From contig JBDNFC010000016.1 of the NCBI GenBank assembly GCA_041690035.1, positions 113,092-177,091 of the forward strand: a stretch of DNA of 64,000 bases, read 5' to 3'. Within the stretch, counting starts at the first letter, position 1. Each line of letters starts with the position of its first letter. This stretch comes from Bacteroidia bacterium. Its GTDB lineage: Bacteria > Bacteroidota > Bacteroidia > NS11-12g > UBA955. Positions 49,101 to 58,372 of this stretch are shown here, in pieces. The position numbers were made by a program, and so were the translations under genes. Under the pieces are notes generated by a model. That model did not search any database, was not told the origin of the DNA, and was given only the letters and a program-made list of their open reading frames with translations.

Positions 49101-49191
49101 CTTAAATGAGAGCACAAAAATGAAATTGAAAATGGAGATTGAAGATTTGAATGACGGTACGCGAGTTTCGCTAATTATTGAACAACTATGA
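46171..49191 (+). CDS. LytS-type sensor histidine kinase with periplasmic beta-propeller (Reg_prop) and Y_Y_Y domains
   Basis: EDGLSQS and LSSN/LSNN propeller repeats; F.YKLEG...W and NLPSGNY.F..KA Y_Y_Y domain; TM segment; LRTQMNPHFIFN, QPFVENAIIHG and DNGIG. Confidence 0.93.
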   Translation: MFNIKFLIPVLRKIIASIALLIWVKMAFAQPIERRFINYTLEDGLSQSTIMDIKQSANGNIFMATADGVNVFDGKSFEIYKNNPADTQTLGNNLIYCVTPISTHIVWALDQDQILNQIDTRTKKVVRLNYITKLGIDNIVIKQVLLAANGEVWFATYEHGIIVINTFGKKLASFNIENKTLKSNSILHLYSKDDQIWASTSAGLAKINIESKTVVNYFINRAINCAHINKNKLYVSFNDKKLGVIIANKENPNMLYDSILQNESVVAIESQKSGIIWFGSSINGVYEFDNHQLVHHFNKPQDKWSLIDNNIWTIFKDVNDDIYIGTNNGLTIFKNAYNIFKLYRHNPLFANSLSSNRIYNIVEDSKNAIWFITYDGEVNRLQNGKFTIYDKNNCTGLNTTHLRTLFETNDGQYFVGSYDDGFYKFDPKRKKFTNIRQKGQNISEVRIIKQINESTLLIGHAEGLIYYNYLQNTFKNIDLGFSFKVYDLFLDGDYCYIATFGAGLIKWSMKDNSTKTFRHINEKNSLSNNNVMSIVAVSKDTLALGTYGGGVSLFHKINHSFLNFSESNGLSNNSVYGILLDNKNNLWLSTNKGIVKWFADRKTIKNFNLSSQLQSLEFNEGAFLAAKNGMFYFGGVNGVNFFNPSQLMFNNRTPNAIILNIIINGKNIDWQDIAQKKAVNLRANQNTIKIIFKALHYGLAEKTLFYYKLEGIETSWTLLNNKDNSITFNNLPSGNYQFLLKACNEDDLCDEVPKKFSFVINAPLYKTPIFIFISGMLLLLLFYAIYATRTRNLRRSYAAKMTDAELRALRTQMNPHFIFNTLNSIQYYVLNADAKTAYKYLTKFSSLMRRILQHSKENFLPLEEELTSLKLYCELENIRLENGLEVKFDIDAKIDQKRTLIPTLFLQPFVENAIIHGLLPKQGDKKISIIVKKSEKGVICIIQDNGIGREKSRILNKQRSRSHQSTAINAIEHRIDILNESTKMKLKMEIEDLNDGTRVSLIIEQL

Positions 49192-49949
49192 GGGCAATTA
49201 TAATAGATGATGAGCTGAAAAGTAGGGAGGTTTTAGGGAAACTAATTCACCAATTTTTTGAAGGAATAGATGTAATTGCTGGCAGTGGAGATATACAAGG
49301 TGCAATTACAGTTATTCAGCACTTAAAACCCGATCTTGTTTTTTTAGATATTAGCTTGCAGGATGGCGACTCTTTTAGTATTCTAAATAAATTGCCAGAA
49401 ATTGATTTTAAAATTATTTTTATTACTGCTTTTGATGAATATGCAACCCAAGCGATACTTTTTACCCAAATTCCATGCCTTCATAAGCCTTTAGATATTG
49501 ATGAGCTGGGCCAGGCACTATTAAAAGTAAAAAATCAAAATATACTCTCGGTGCGCGAAGATGTTAGCATTATATTAAATATACTTAATTCTACCTTTAG
49601 TATTATTCCTATTATGGATATTTTTAAAGTTACTTTTGTAGATGCATCTATTATCTGTATGATTAAAAAAGAAAATGGAGAATCATTATTTATTGATAAA
49701 AAATATACTGTAACAAAATCATGGTGCAGTTTTGATAAATATATTCGATTATTAAAAGGGCATGATTTTGCCCAACCAAATGAGAATATTTTATTGAATC
49801 TAAGTAATTTAAGATTTTATCCAAATGCCAAAGATGATTTTTTGACAGTTAATTTTGAGAATAAAGCTCAAAAACTTGAAGTCGCTTTTAGCCAAGATTA
49901 TAAAGTAGATTTTTTAAAACGCTATGCTAAACATTACCAGAAACAATAA
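49188..49949 (+). CDS. Response regulator with intact receiver and degenerate LytTR domain
   Basis: IIIDDE, FLDISL, TAFDEYA and HKP receiver motifs; the LytTR signature is replaced by FAQPNENILLN; ATGA overlap with the kinase. Confidence 0.8.
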   Translation: MRAIIIDDELKSREVLGKLIHQFFEGIDVIAGSGDIQGAITVIQHLKPDLVFLDISLQDGDSFSILNKLPEIDFKIIFITAFDEYATQAILFTQIPCLHKPLDIDELGQALLKVKNQNILSVREDVSIILNILNSTFSIIPIMDIFKVTFVDASIICMIKKENGESLFIDKKYTVTKSWCSFDKYIRLLKGHDFAQPNENILLNLSNLRFYPNAKDDFLTVNFENKAQKLEVAFSQDYKVDFLKRYAKHYQKQ

Positions 49950-49963
49950 CTTTTATAATGCTT

Positions 49964-49971
49964 TATATTTG
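49964..49971 (+). promoter_or_regulatory. -7 box (TATATTTG)
   Basis: Consensus match 17 nt upstream of ATG 49989. Confidence 0.65.
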
Positions 49972-49988
49972 CACAATTATTTAAAAAC

Positions 49989-51014
49989 ATGATGTCTAAA
50001 AAAAACCTAATCCTTATTGTTGTTTTATGCTCAATAATAGGAGCATATTTTCTTTTTCGAAAAGATATAAACAATAGCACGAGTCTGCGTAAAGATTTTT
50101 TTGCTATAAAAGAAATTAATGATATTGACAAAATATTTATTTCTAGTAATCAAGATAAAAGCTATGTAATACTCAGCAGAAATAAGCAAAATGTGTGGTA
50201 TGTAAATGATAAATGGATACTTAACGCAAGCAGATTAAAAATACTTTTAGAAACTGCCAAAGATATGGAGGTCAAATATCAAGTAAATGATAATGACAAA
50301 AAAGAGATTATGGCACATATTGCTACAATAGGATTTAAAGCAATGTATTATAAAAATAACAGATTAATGAAAAGCTATTTTATTGGTAGCAACACCCTGG
50401 ACCTGATGGGCACATTTATAGTAGCAGAAGGGAGTAACAATCCAGCAGTGGTGCATATACCCGGGTTTAATGGATTCTTAACCACCCGTTTTTTTACAGA
50501 TAGTATAGAGTGGCGTGATAAAAATATTTTCAATATTCCAGCATCTCAAATTAAGAATTTATCAGTAGTTTGGAATAATCAGCCTGAGCAATCTTTTAGT
50601 ATTAATCAACAAGATAAAACAATAGAATTTTCGCCATTAATAAAAGTTGCTGCTCCCAATTTTAATGAATTAAAGGTTAAATCTTTTTTAAACATCTTTT
50701 CAGTTTATGAGAAGAATAACTTGGCTTGTGAAGGTTTTCATAAAAAATTTACTAAAAGGCAAGTGGATAGTATTATGAACAGTCAATGGTTTTATAAAAT
50801 AGAAATAACTAAGCAAAATGGCGAAAAAACAAGTTTAAAATTATATAGAAAACCCATCCAAATAAATACCTATGAAGCATACGACACTCAGGGAAATCCA
50901 TTAGAATATGAAATTGATAAATATTGGGGTGTAAAAGATGATGAGCCTATGATTTTAGAAATACAAGATTTGGTTTTTGATAAAATACTAAAAGGTGTAA
51001 AAGATTTTAATTAA
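49989..51014 (+). CDS. DUF4340-like membrane-anchored protein
   Basis: N-terminal TM; FAIK..NDIDKIFI, HIPGFNGFLTTRF and WRDK.IF motifs. Confidence 0.7.
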   Translation: MMSKKNLILIVVLCSIIGAYFLFRKDINNSTSLRKDFFAIKEINDIDKIFISSNQDKSYVILSRNKQNVWYVNDKWILNASRLKILLETAKDMEVKYQVNDNDKKEIMAHIATIGFKAMYYKNNRLMKSYFIGSNTLDLMGTFIVAEGSNNPAVVHIPGFNGFLTTRFFTDSIEWRDKNIFNIPASQIKNLSVVWNNQPEQSFSINQQDKTIEFSPLIKVAAPNFNELKVKSFLNIFSVYEKNNLACEGFHKKFTKRQVDSIMNSQWFYKIEITKQNGEKTSLKLYRKPIQINTYEAYDTQGNPLEYEIDKYWGVKDDEPMILEIQDLVFDKILKGVKDFN

Positions 51015-51565
51015 TGATAGGTAGCTCCATTTTATATATTGTTGCAGGTACATTTGTGATGTATTTACTTTTTAAATTTGCTAAAAATTTATTTTATAAA
51101 GTTTTGATAATCCTCTTGCTTTTTTGCACTGCCATCTATGGGTTATATTATTTTAAAGTAGGGCCATTTATTGAAAATGTAGCACATATTGATGTAATTA
51201 GAGAAAGAGAATGCTTTAAAAAAAATACAGATATTACATGCGAATGCATTGTGAAATTATTGGAAAAAGACATTAGCAGTAGGTTTAATAAATCAGAAAT
51301 TGAAAAAATGAAAGATGATAGATCGCAAAGTGCGTATGTTTTCCAAAAAAGCATGTCAGCAATAAGCAATCAGGCAAAAGAGTGTCTTAAAAATAAAGGG
51401 CAAGAAAATCTTTGGAGGGCATTTATAAAATCTACATTACAATTAGATAACAGCCTAGTAAATGGAATAGAAAATTTGATAGAAAAGGGTAAAACAAATT
51501 TTGACGAAAAGCTAAATCACACTCAATGTGTAAAAGATAACATTGACAATAAATATAGTCGATAA
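51014..51565 (+). CDS. Hypothetical membrane protein (2 TM plus a Cys-containing soluble domain)
   Basis: TAATG coupling; hydrophobic N-terminus; C..CEC..C..C pattern. Confidence 0.65.
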   Translation: MIGSSILYIVAGTFVMYLLFKFAKNLFYKVLIILLLFCTAIYGLYYFKVGPFIENVAHIDVIRERECFKKNTDITCECIVKLLEKDISSRFNKSEIEKMKDDRSQSAYVFQKSMSAISNQAKECLKNKGQENLWRAFIKSTLQLDNSLVNGIENLIEKGKTNFDEKLNHTQCVKDNIDNKYSR

Positions 51566-51656
51566 CATTTTCACCAAAATTGCTGGTATAAAATTGCTCC
51601 AAAAAAAAATAAAAGTTTCAGAATACCACTTAGCAGCATTTTGAAATAGTTAAAAA

Positions 51657-53474
51657 TTAAATATTTACCACATTAGCGCTATTTTTGTAGCGTTTGCGGT
51701 CTGTTTCTTTTAAATATATCTTTCTAAGTCTAATGCTTTCTGGAGTAACCTCTACAAATTCATCAGCCATTATATATTCTAATGCCTCTTCTAAACTAAA
51801 TTCTTTTGCAGGTATAATGCGCACTTTATCATCTGTTCCACTGCTGCGCATATTGGTTAGTTTTTTAGTTTTAGTTACATTTATTACCAAATCACCTTCT
51901 CTGTTATTTTCGCCTATCACTTGACCTTCGTAAATATCTATGTTGGGTAGAATAAAAAATCTACCTCTGTCTTGCAATGCATTGATACTATATGGTATTG
52001 CATTTCCATTTTCCATACTAATTAGTGAACCATTTATTCTCCCTGGTATTACACCTTTATGAGCTTGATACTCTAAAAACCTATGAGACATTACTGCCTC
52101 ACCTTGCGAAGAAGTGAGTATATAATCTCTTAACCCTATAATGCCTCTAGAAGGCATTTGAAAAATAAGAAGCATTCTGTCATTTTTTGGAGTCATGCTT
52201 ACCATATTTCCTTTACGTTGAGTAATGGCATCTATTGCTTTGCCAGCAAATTCTTCTGGAATATCAATATTAAGTTCTTCAATTGGTTCACATTTTTGAC
52301 CATCAATTTCTTTTACAATTACTTGTGGTTGCCCTATTTGAAGTTCATACCCCTCTCTTCTCATAGTTTCTATTAATACCGCCAAATGCAGCACACCTCT
52401 GCCAAACACCATAAAAGAGTCAGCACTATTTGTAGGCTCTACCCTTAAAGCAAGATTTTTTTCTAATTCTTTATATAACCTGTCTTTTAAATGGCGAGAG
52501 GTAACAAATTTTCCTTCACGGCCAAAAAATGGCGAGTCATTAATGGTAAATAACATGCTCATCGTAGGTTCATCTATCGCCATTGGGGTTAATCCTTCTG
52601 GGTTTTCTATATCTGCAATTGTGTCGCCTATTTCAAAGCCTTCAATACCTGTAATAGCGCATATTTCACCTGCTTTTACAAAATCAACTTTTACTTTATT
52701 TAATCCTTCAAAAACTAAAAGCTCTTTTACCTTAGTTTTGACAACAGATCCGTCTCTTTTTACCAAAGATACAGGCATGTTAATTTTTAATTCTCCTCTA
52801 ATCAATCTTCCAATTGCTATTCTACCAATATAGGTGCTATAATCTAGCGATGTAATCTGCATTTGCACTGTCCCTTCGGCAGTTTTTGGTGCAGGAATAT
52901 ATTTTATAATATAATCTAATAAAACATTAATGTCTTCAGTAGGTTTTTTATAATCAACACTCATCCAACCTTGCTTTGCAGAGCCAAAAACAACGGGAAA
53001 ATCTAATTGGTCTTCAGTACCACCAAGATTAAACATGAGGTCAAATACCATATCATGTACTTCGTCTGGCTTGCAGTTTTGCTTATCTACTTTATTTATC
53101 ACAACGATAGGTTTAAGACCTAATTGCAATGCTTTCTCTAACACAAATCTAGTTTGTGGCATAGGTCCTTCAAAAGCATCTACTAGCAATAAAACACCGT
53201 CCGCCATATTTAATACGCGCTCCACTTCTCCACCAAAATCACTGTGGCCAGGAGTGTCTATAATATTTATTTTAGTTTCTTTGTAAATTACTGAAACGTT
53301 TTTTGCAAGAATGGTTATTCCTCTTTCTCGCTCTAAATCATTACTGTCCATAATTAATTCACCTGGTTTTTCATGGTCTTTAAATAATTTTCCTACTAGT
53401 ATCATTTTGTCTACTAGGGTTGTTTTCCCGTGATCTACGTGAGCAATGATGGCAATATTTCTGATGTTCTGCAT
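51657..53474 (-). CDS. typA: Translational GTPase TypA/BipA
   Basis: AHVDHGKTTLVD, DTPGHSDFGGEVER, NKVD and GRG.LHL motifs. CAT at 53472-53474 and TTA at 51657-51659 place it on the minus strand; the track's + label is wrong. Confidence 0.97.
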   Translation of the reverse strand: MQNIRNIAIIAHVDHGKTTLVDKMILVGKLFKDHEKPGELIMDSNDLERERGITILAKNVSVIYKETKINIIDTPGHSDFGGEVERVLNMADGVLLLVDAFEGPMPQTRFVLEKALQLGLKPIVVINKVDKQNCKPDEVHDMVFDLMFNLGGTEDQLDFPVVFGSAKQGWMSVDYKKPTEDINVLLDYIIKYIPAPKTAEGTVQMQITSLDYSTYIGRIAIGRLIRGELKINMPVSLVKRDGSVVKTKVKELLVFEGLNKVKVDFVKAGEICAITGIEGFEIGDTIADIENPEGLTPMAIDEPTMSMLFTINDSPFFGREGKFVTSRHLKDRLYKELEKNLALRVEPTNSADSFMVFGRGVLHLAVLIETMRREGYELQIGQPQVIVKEIDGQKCEPIEELNIDIPEEFAGKAIDAITQRKGNMVSMTPKNDRMLLIFQMPSRGIIGLRDYILTSSQGEAVMSHRFLEYQAHKGVIPGRINGSLISMENGNAIPYSINALQDRGRFFILPNIDIYEGQVIGENNREGDLVINVTKTKKLTNMRSSGTDDKVRIIPAKEFSLEEALEYIMADEFVEVTPESIRLRKIYLKETDRKRYKNSANVVNI

Positions 53475-53482
53475 AAAGGGTG

Positions 53483-53490
53483 CAAAAGTA
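53483..53490 (-). promoter_or_regulatory. -7 box (TACTTTTG) for typA
   Basis: Consensus match 8 nt upstream of the ATG; independently supports the minus strand. Confidence 0.7.
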
Positions 53491-53613
53491 GGTTGAAAAA
53501 CCCACTATTTTGGCATTGTTTTAAAACATTTCTGTTTTTTTTCTGTTATTTTTTTTAATTTACTAAGAAATTGATATAAAAGATATTAGTTTCGCAAAAT
53601 ATTTTAGAAAATC

Positions 53614-54903
53614 ATGTCAAACAAAGCCATCATAAAAATCGGAGACCAGGAAAATGAATTTCCTATCATTGTAGGATCAGAGAACGAACCAGCCATTGAT
53701 ATTAGTAATTTAAGGTCAGTTACAGGACACATTACCATCGATGTAGGATTTAAAAATACCGGTTCTACAACTAGTTCAATTACTTACCTTGATGGCGAAA
53801 AGGGAATATTAAGACACCGTGGTTACAGTATTGAAGATTTAGCAAGCAAAGCATCTTTTGTAGAAGTAATGTATTTACTTGTCAATGGCAAATTACCTAA
53901 TAAAGTAGAGCTAGATTCGTTTGATTCAGATATTAGAATGCATACCTTAGTAAATATGGATATGGAAAATATTTTCAGGTCATTTCCAACGGGTTCTCAT
54001 CCAATGGGGCAATTGATGTGTTTGGTTTCTTCACTTTCTGCATTTTATCCAGAATCCTTGGATACTCATCCTACACCTGAAAAAATGCAAAAAACCATTA
54101 CCAGGTTATTGGCAAAAATGCCAACCATCTGTGCGATGATTTATAAGAAAAAGTGGGGGCATCCTTTGGTTTATCCAAATAATAGCCTGGATTATGTTAG
54201 TAATTTTTTAAACATGACATTTGGACAGGTTACCATGAATTATGAGGTGGATCCAATTGTTGCTGATGCAATGAATAAGTTATTGATATTGCATGCAGAC
54301 CATGAGCAAAATTGCAGTGCCTCTACGGTAAGGCTCGTGGGCAGTTCGCAGGCAAATTTATATTCCTCTATTGCTGCAGGTGTTGCTGCACTTTGGGGGC
54401 CTTTGCATGGTGGTGCTAATCAGCAGGTTATAGAAATGTTAGAATCTATAAAAGCAGATGGAGGCAACGTTCAAAAATTTATTGACAAAGCAAAAGATAA
54501 GAATGACTCATTTAGATTAATGGGTTTTGGACACAGGGTTTACAAAAACTTTGACCCAAGAGCGCGCATCATTAAAAAATCTTGTGACGAAGTCCTTGCA
54601 AAATTAGGCGTGCATGATCCTGTGCTTGATATTGCCAAAAAACTCGAAGAAGCTGCGCTAAATGACCCCTATTTTGCTGAAAGAAAATTATACCCAAATG
54701 TAGATTTTTATTCAGGAATAATTTATAGAGCCTTAGGTTTTCCAACAGAAATGTTTACAGTATTATTTGCTTTAGGTAGATTGCCAGGTTGGATAGCTCA
54801 GTGGAAAGAAATGAGAAACGAAAATCAGCCTATTGGCCGACCAAGACAAATTTATACGGGTGAGCCTGTAAGAGAATTTGTATCCATTGTTGCCAGAGAT
54901 TAA
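53614..54903 (+). CDS. gltA: Citrate synthase
   Basis: ILHADHEQN.S, GPLHGGAN, MGFGHRVYKNFDPR and PNVDFYSG motifs. Confidence 0.97.
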   Translation: MSNKAIIKIGDQENEFPIIVGSENEPAIDISNLRSVTGHITIDVGFKNTGSTTSSITYLDGEKGILRHRGYSIEDLASKASFVEVMYLLVNGKLPNKVELDSFDSDIRMHTLVNMDMENIFRSFPTGSHPMGQLMCLVSSLSAFYPESLDTHPTPEKMQKTITRLLAKMPTICAMIYKKKWGHPLVYPNNSLDYVSNFLNMTFGQVTMNYEVDPIVADAMNKLLILHADHEQNCSASTVRLVGSSQANLYSSIAAGVAALWGPLHGGANQQVIEMLESIKADGGNVQKFIDKAKDKNDSFRLMGFGHRVYKNFDPRARIIKKSCDEVLAKLGVHDPVLDIAKKLEEAALNDPYFAERKLYPNVDFYSGIIYRALGFPTEMFTVLFALGRLPGWIAQWKEMRNENQPIGRPRQIYTGEPVREFVSIVARD

Positions 54904-55044
54904 TTTTTTATATCTTTCTTGTTGTCCCTCAATTTGGCTTAATAAAAGAATTTTTAGCTCAACATTATTTTCTATCTTATCATATTTGTAAAAACTCTTT
55001 TTAAGTATTTTATTATAAGCTAACGTTTAATAAATTGAGTTAAT

Positions 55045-55052
55045 TATATTTG
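55045..55052 (+). promoter_or_regulatory. -7 box (TATATTTG) for the cysS operon
   Basis: The track's TTG start lies inside this box; ATG 55062 follows 9 nt later. Confidence 0.65.
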
Positions 55053-55061
55053 CGGTCAATT

Positions 55062-56534
55062 ATGGCAAATCTTAAGCTCTACAATTCTATTTCTCGGCAG
55101 ATTGAAGTATTTAAAACTTTAACACCTCATTTTGCTGGTATTTATATTTGTGGTCCCACAGTTTATGCCGAGCCACATTTGGGACATGTTAGAGGGCCAG
55201 TGGTTTTTGATTTGTTGCACCGCCTGTTAAAATACGAAGGATATAAAGTAAGGTTTGTTAGAAATATCACAGATGTAGGGCATTTATTAAATGATGCTGA
55301 TGATGGAGATGATAAAATTGCTTTAAAAGCAAGGCTAGAAAACCTAGAACCGATGGAGATAGCTCATCTATACACTGAGAGTTATCAAGATATGCTCCGT
55401 AATTTGTATGTTTTACCCGCAAGTATTGAGCCTCGGGCAAGTGGTCATATTATAGAGCAAATAGAAATGATAAGCCAATTATTGGATTTAAAGATGGCTT
55501 ATGAAATTAATGGTAGTGTATATTTTGATGTAAAAAATTATGCTAAAGACAATGATTATGGAGTGCTTTCTGGAAGAGTATTAGATGACTTGATAGCTGG
55601 GGCAGGCAATGAGGCCCGTCAATTAAACAGTCAGGAGGATAAAAGAAACGCAGCAGATTTTGCTTTATGGAAAAAGGCAAGCAAAGAACATATTATGCAA
55701 TGGTCTAGCCCATGGGGAAAGGGGTTTCCTGGCTGGCATATAGAGTGTTCTGCCATGAGCCATAAGTATCTGGGAGCACAATTTGATATCCACGGTGGTG
55801 GGTTAGATTTATTGTTTCCTCACCACGAATGTGAGATAGCGCAATCTACCTCTTGTTTTGGTACCAATCCTGCAAAGTATTGGTTGCATCACAATATGGT
55901 AACTATCAATGGCCAAAAAATGGCTAAAAGTTTAAATAACGGAATAACAGTTAAAGCCCTTTTTTCTGGCATACACCCTCTGTTAGAAAAGGCTTATCAA
56001 GGAGATGTTTTGCGGTTTTTTATTCTTCAAGCGCATTATCGCAGTACCTTAGATTTCAGTAATGACGCGCTTCAAGCCGCTGAAAAGGGGCTAAAAAGAT
56101 TATACACAACCATTGATTCTATTGCAAATTTGCCCATTTCTGACGCAGATACTGCAAATTTTCAATCCTCATACAGTGATTTTTATAATGCCATTTTTGA
56201 TGACATGAATACCCCAATTGCTATTGCGGCATTGTTTGATATTGTTAAAAAAATAAATTTAGTAAAGGAAGGCACATTATTGATAACAAAGAATAGCCAA
56301 GACGAATTGGCAAAAGCAGTAATTGTGATGTTAAATGATATTTTAGGTCTATACAGAAGCAAAAATGAAAATTCAGATAATGAAAGTGAATTAATGAATG
56401 TAATTTTGGGATTAAGAGAATCTGTGAGATCTCAAAAAAATTATGCATTAAGCGATGAAATAAGAGATAGTTTAAAAAATATAGGTTATGAAATTAAAGA
56501 TGGAAAAAATGGGGCTGAAATTATTAAGATTTAA
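55062..56534 (+). CDS. cysS: Cysteine--tRNA ligase
   Basis: CGPTVY..PHLGH, PGWHIECSAM, DIHGGG.DL.FPHHECE and KMAKS motifs. Confidence 0.97.
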   Translation: MANLKLYNSISRQIEVFKTLTPHFAGIYICGPTVYAEPHLGHVRGPVVFDLLHRLLKYEGYKVRFVRNITDVGHLLNDADDGDDKIALKARLENLEPMEIAHLYTESYQDMLRNLYVLPASIEPRASGHIIEQIEMISQLLDLKMAYEINGSVYFDVKNYAKDNDYGVLSGRVLDDLIAGAGNEARQLNSQEDKRNAADFALWKKASKEHIMQWSSPWGKGFPGWHIECSAMSHKYLGAQFDIHGGGLDLLFPHHECEIAQSTSCFGTNPAKYWLHHNMVTINGQKMAKSLNNGITVKALFSGIHPLLEKAYQGDVLRFFILQAHYRSTLDFSNDALQAAEKGLKRLYTTIDSIANLPISDADTANFQSSYSDFYNAIFDDMNTPIAIAALFDIVKKINLVKEGTLLITKNSQDELAKAVIVMLNDILGLYRSKNENSDNESELMNVILGLRESVRSQKNYALSDEIRDSLKNIGYEIKDGKNGAEIIKI

Positions 56535-57477
56535 ATGGATAATACTCTTGTTTTTGTTTTCAGCATGCAATAATGATGATACAAAAGTGCAAGACGAGCA
56601 GCCCGTAATGGAGCCTGTTTATTATCCCACATTTAATGCCGACAGCGCATATACGTTTGTAGCTAATCAAGTAGACTTTGGACCACGTTATCCTGGTAGC
56701 AAAGGGCATTACAATGCTTTTCTATATTTAAGAAAAATGCTGACAAATTTCTGTGATACTGTCTACATTCAATCTACAAGAGGGCTAACTTTTGACAAAA
56801 AAGATATTCCTATTTATAATTTGGTAGGGGTATTTAATCCTAAGGCAGAAAAGCGAATAATACTTGCCGCTCATTGGGATACTAGGCCTTTTGCAGATGA
56901 GGATGACTCTGCTGCAACTGCTCCTATTTTAGGTGCCAATGATGGAGGGAGTGGAGTGGGTGTGTTGTTAGAAATTGCAAGATTATTAAAAGAATCGCCA
57001 CTAACAAATATTGGCATTGATATCATTTTTTTTGATGCTGAAGACTGGGGAAAAGGCGAAGTAGAAAATTCTTTTTGTTTAGGTTCACAATATTGGGCTA
57101 AAAACCCTCATATTACTTCTTATACTGCCAGTTATGGAATCTTATTAGACATGGTAGGTGCTAAAAATGCTGTTTTTGCACACGAATCATACAGCACACA
57201 GGTGGCTCCAGATGTGGTAAAAAAAGTATGGGATGCTGCTGGTAGTCTAGGATATACTGGAACATTTATGTCTTATGATAGGGGGTTTGTTATTGATGAT
57301 CATTACTATGTAAATCGGCAAACCAATATACCCATGATAGATATTATTCAACATGACCCCACTCATGGTTTTGGAGAGTTTTGGCATACCCACGATGATA
57401 ATATGTCTGTAATTGATAAGCAAACATTAGAAAAGGTAGGCAAAACATTGATAAAAGTGTTATATGATGAAAGATAA
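56509..57477 (+). CDS. M28 family peptidase / glutaminyl cyclase-like lipoprotein
   Basis: Lipobox FSAC; AHWDTRP, GANDGGSGVGVLLE, DAED and DDH..WHT motifs. Start uncertain (56488, 56500 or 56509). Confidence 0.88.
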   Translation: MGLKLLRFKWIILLFLFSACNNDDTKVQDEQPVMEPVYYPTFNADSAYTFVANQVDFGPRYPGSKGHYNAFLYLRKMLTNFCDTVYIQSTRGLTFDKKDIPIYNLVGVFNPKAEKRIILAAHWDTRPFADEDDSAATAPILGANDGGSGVGVLLEIARLLKESPLTNIGIDIIFFDAEDWGKGEVENSFCLGSQYWAKNPHITSYTASYGILLDMVGAKNAVFAHESYSTQVAPDVVKKVWDAAGSLGYTGTFMSYDRGFVIDDHYYVNRQTNIPMIDIIQHDPTHGFGEFWHTHDDNMSVIDKQTLEKVGKTLIKVLYDER

Positions 57478-58372
57478 AAAAAGGATATTGGTTACTGGCA
57501 GCAATGGCTTGCTCGGTCAAAAATTAACGGATTTATTGCAGTATGATGAAAATTATTTATTGCTTGCCACAGCCACTGGGCCAAATAGGTATCCGGACAA
57601 AGAAATTGCATATCAAACATTAGACATTACAAATGCAGAAGAAATAGAAAAAATAGTTTTAGCATTTATGCCGCACATTATAATTAATACTGCTGCCATG
57701 ACTAATGTAGATGCATGCGAAACTGAAAAAGAAAAGTGTGATATATTAAATATTTCGGCTTTAAAATATTTAGCCAATGCCGCCAATATTTGTGGTGCAA
57801 AATTGATTCATATTAGTACCGATTTTATATTTGATGGTAAAAATGGTCCTTATTTAGAAACGGATGTTGCAAATCCGCTTTCATACTATGGATTAAGCAA
57901 GTTAAAAGGAGAGCAAATTGTAATGCAAGATGCAAAAAATTGGGCAATTATAAGAACAGTTCTAGTTTATGGAACAGTAAACGATTTGAGCAGAAGTAAT
58001 ATTGTGCTGTGGGCAATTGCTTCTTTAAAAGAAAATAAACAATTAAATATTGTAGATGACCAATTTAGAACACCCACCTTTGCCGAAGATTTGGCAATGG
58101 GTTGCAAATTAATTGCAGATAGTAATGCTAAGGGTGTTTATAATATTTCAGGAAAAGATTTTATGTCTATTTTTGAATTGGTAAATAGGGTGGCAGTATT
58201 CTTTAATTATAACAGCAATAATGTGCTCAAGTCTGACAGTAAAAATTTGAATCAAGCTGCCAAGCGACCACCCGTTACTGGTTTTATATTAGATAAAGCA
58301 ATCAAAGAATTAGATTATAGGCCCCATAGTCTTGAAGAAGCACTTGCAATAATCAATAAACAGTTGAATTAG
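57464..58372 (+). CDS. dTDP-4-dehydrorhamnose reductase-like SDR oxidoreductase
   Basis: TGSNGLLG, AAMT.VD.CE, HISTDFIFDG, YG.SK and DQFRTPT motifs. Confidence 0.88.
   Translation: MMKDKKRILVTGSNGLLGQKLTDLLQYDENYLLLATATGPNRYPDKEIAYQTLDITNAEEIEKIVLAFMPHIIINTAAMTNVDACETEKEKCDILNISALKYLANAANICGAKLIHISTDFIFDGKNGPYLETDVANPLSYYGLSKLKGEQIVMQDAKNWAIIRTVLVYGTVNDLSRSNIVLWAIASLKENKQLNIVDDQFRTPTFAEDLAMGCKLIADSNAKGVYNISGKDFMSIFELVNRVAVFFNYNSNNVLKSDSKNLNQAAKRPPVTGFILDKAIKELDYRPHSLEEALAIINKQLN

Noticed and set aside
51576-51598. AAAATTGCT direct repeat in the convergent gap before typA
   Set aside because: Only two short AT-rich copies with no promoter context; compatible with chance.
51657-53474. ORF track gives typA on the + strand
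   Set aside because: MQNIR starts at CAT 53472-53474 on the reverse strand, with its own minus-strand TACTTTTG box, so the label is wrong.
53509-53526. TTGGCATTGTTTTAAA upstream of gltA as a sigma-54 promoter
   Set aside because: The -24 half is good but there is no TTGC/TTGA at -12, and gltA has a near-consensus TAGTTTCG box at 53587-53594.
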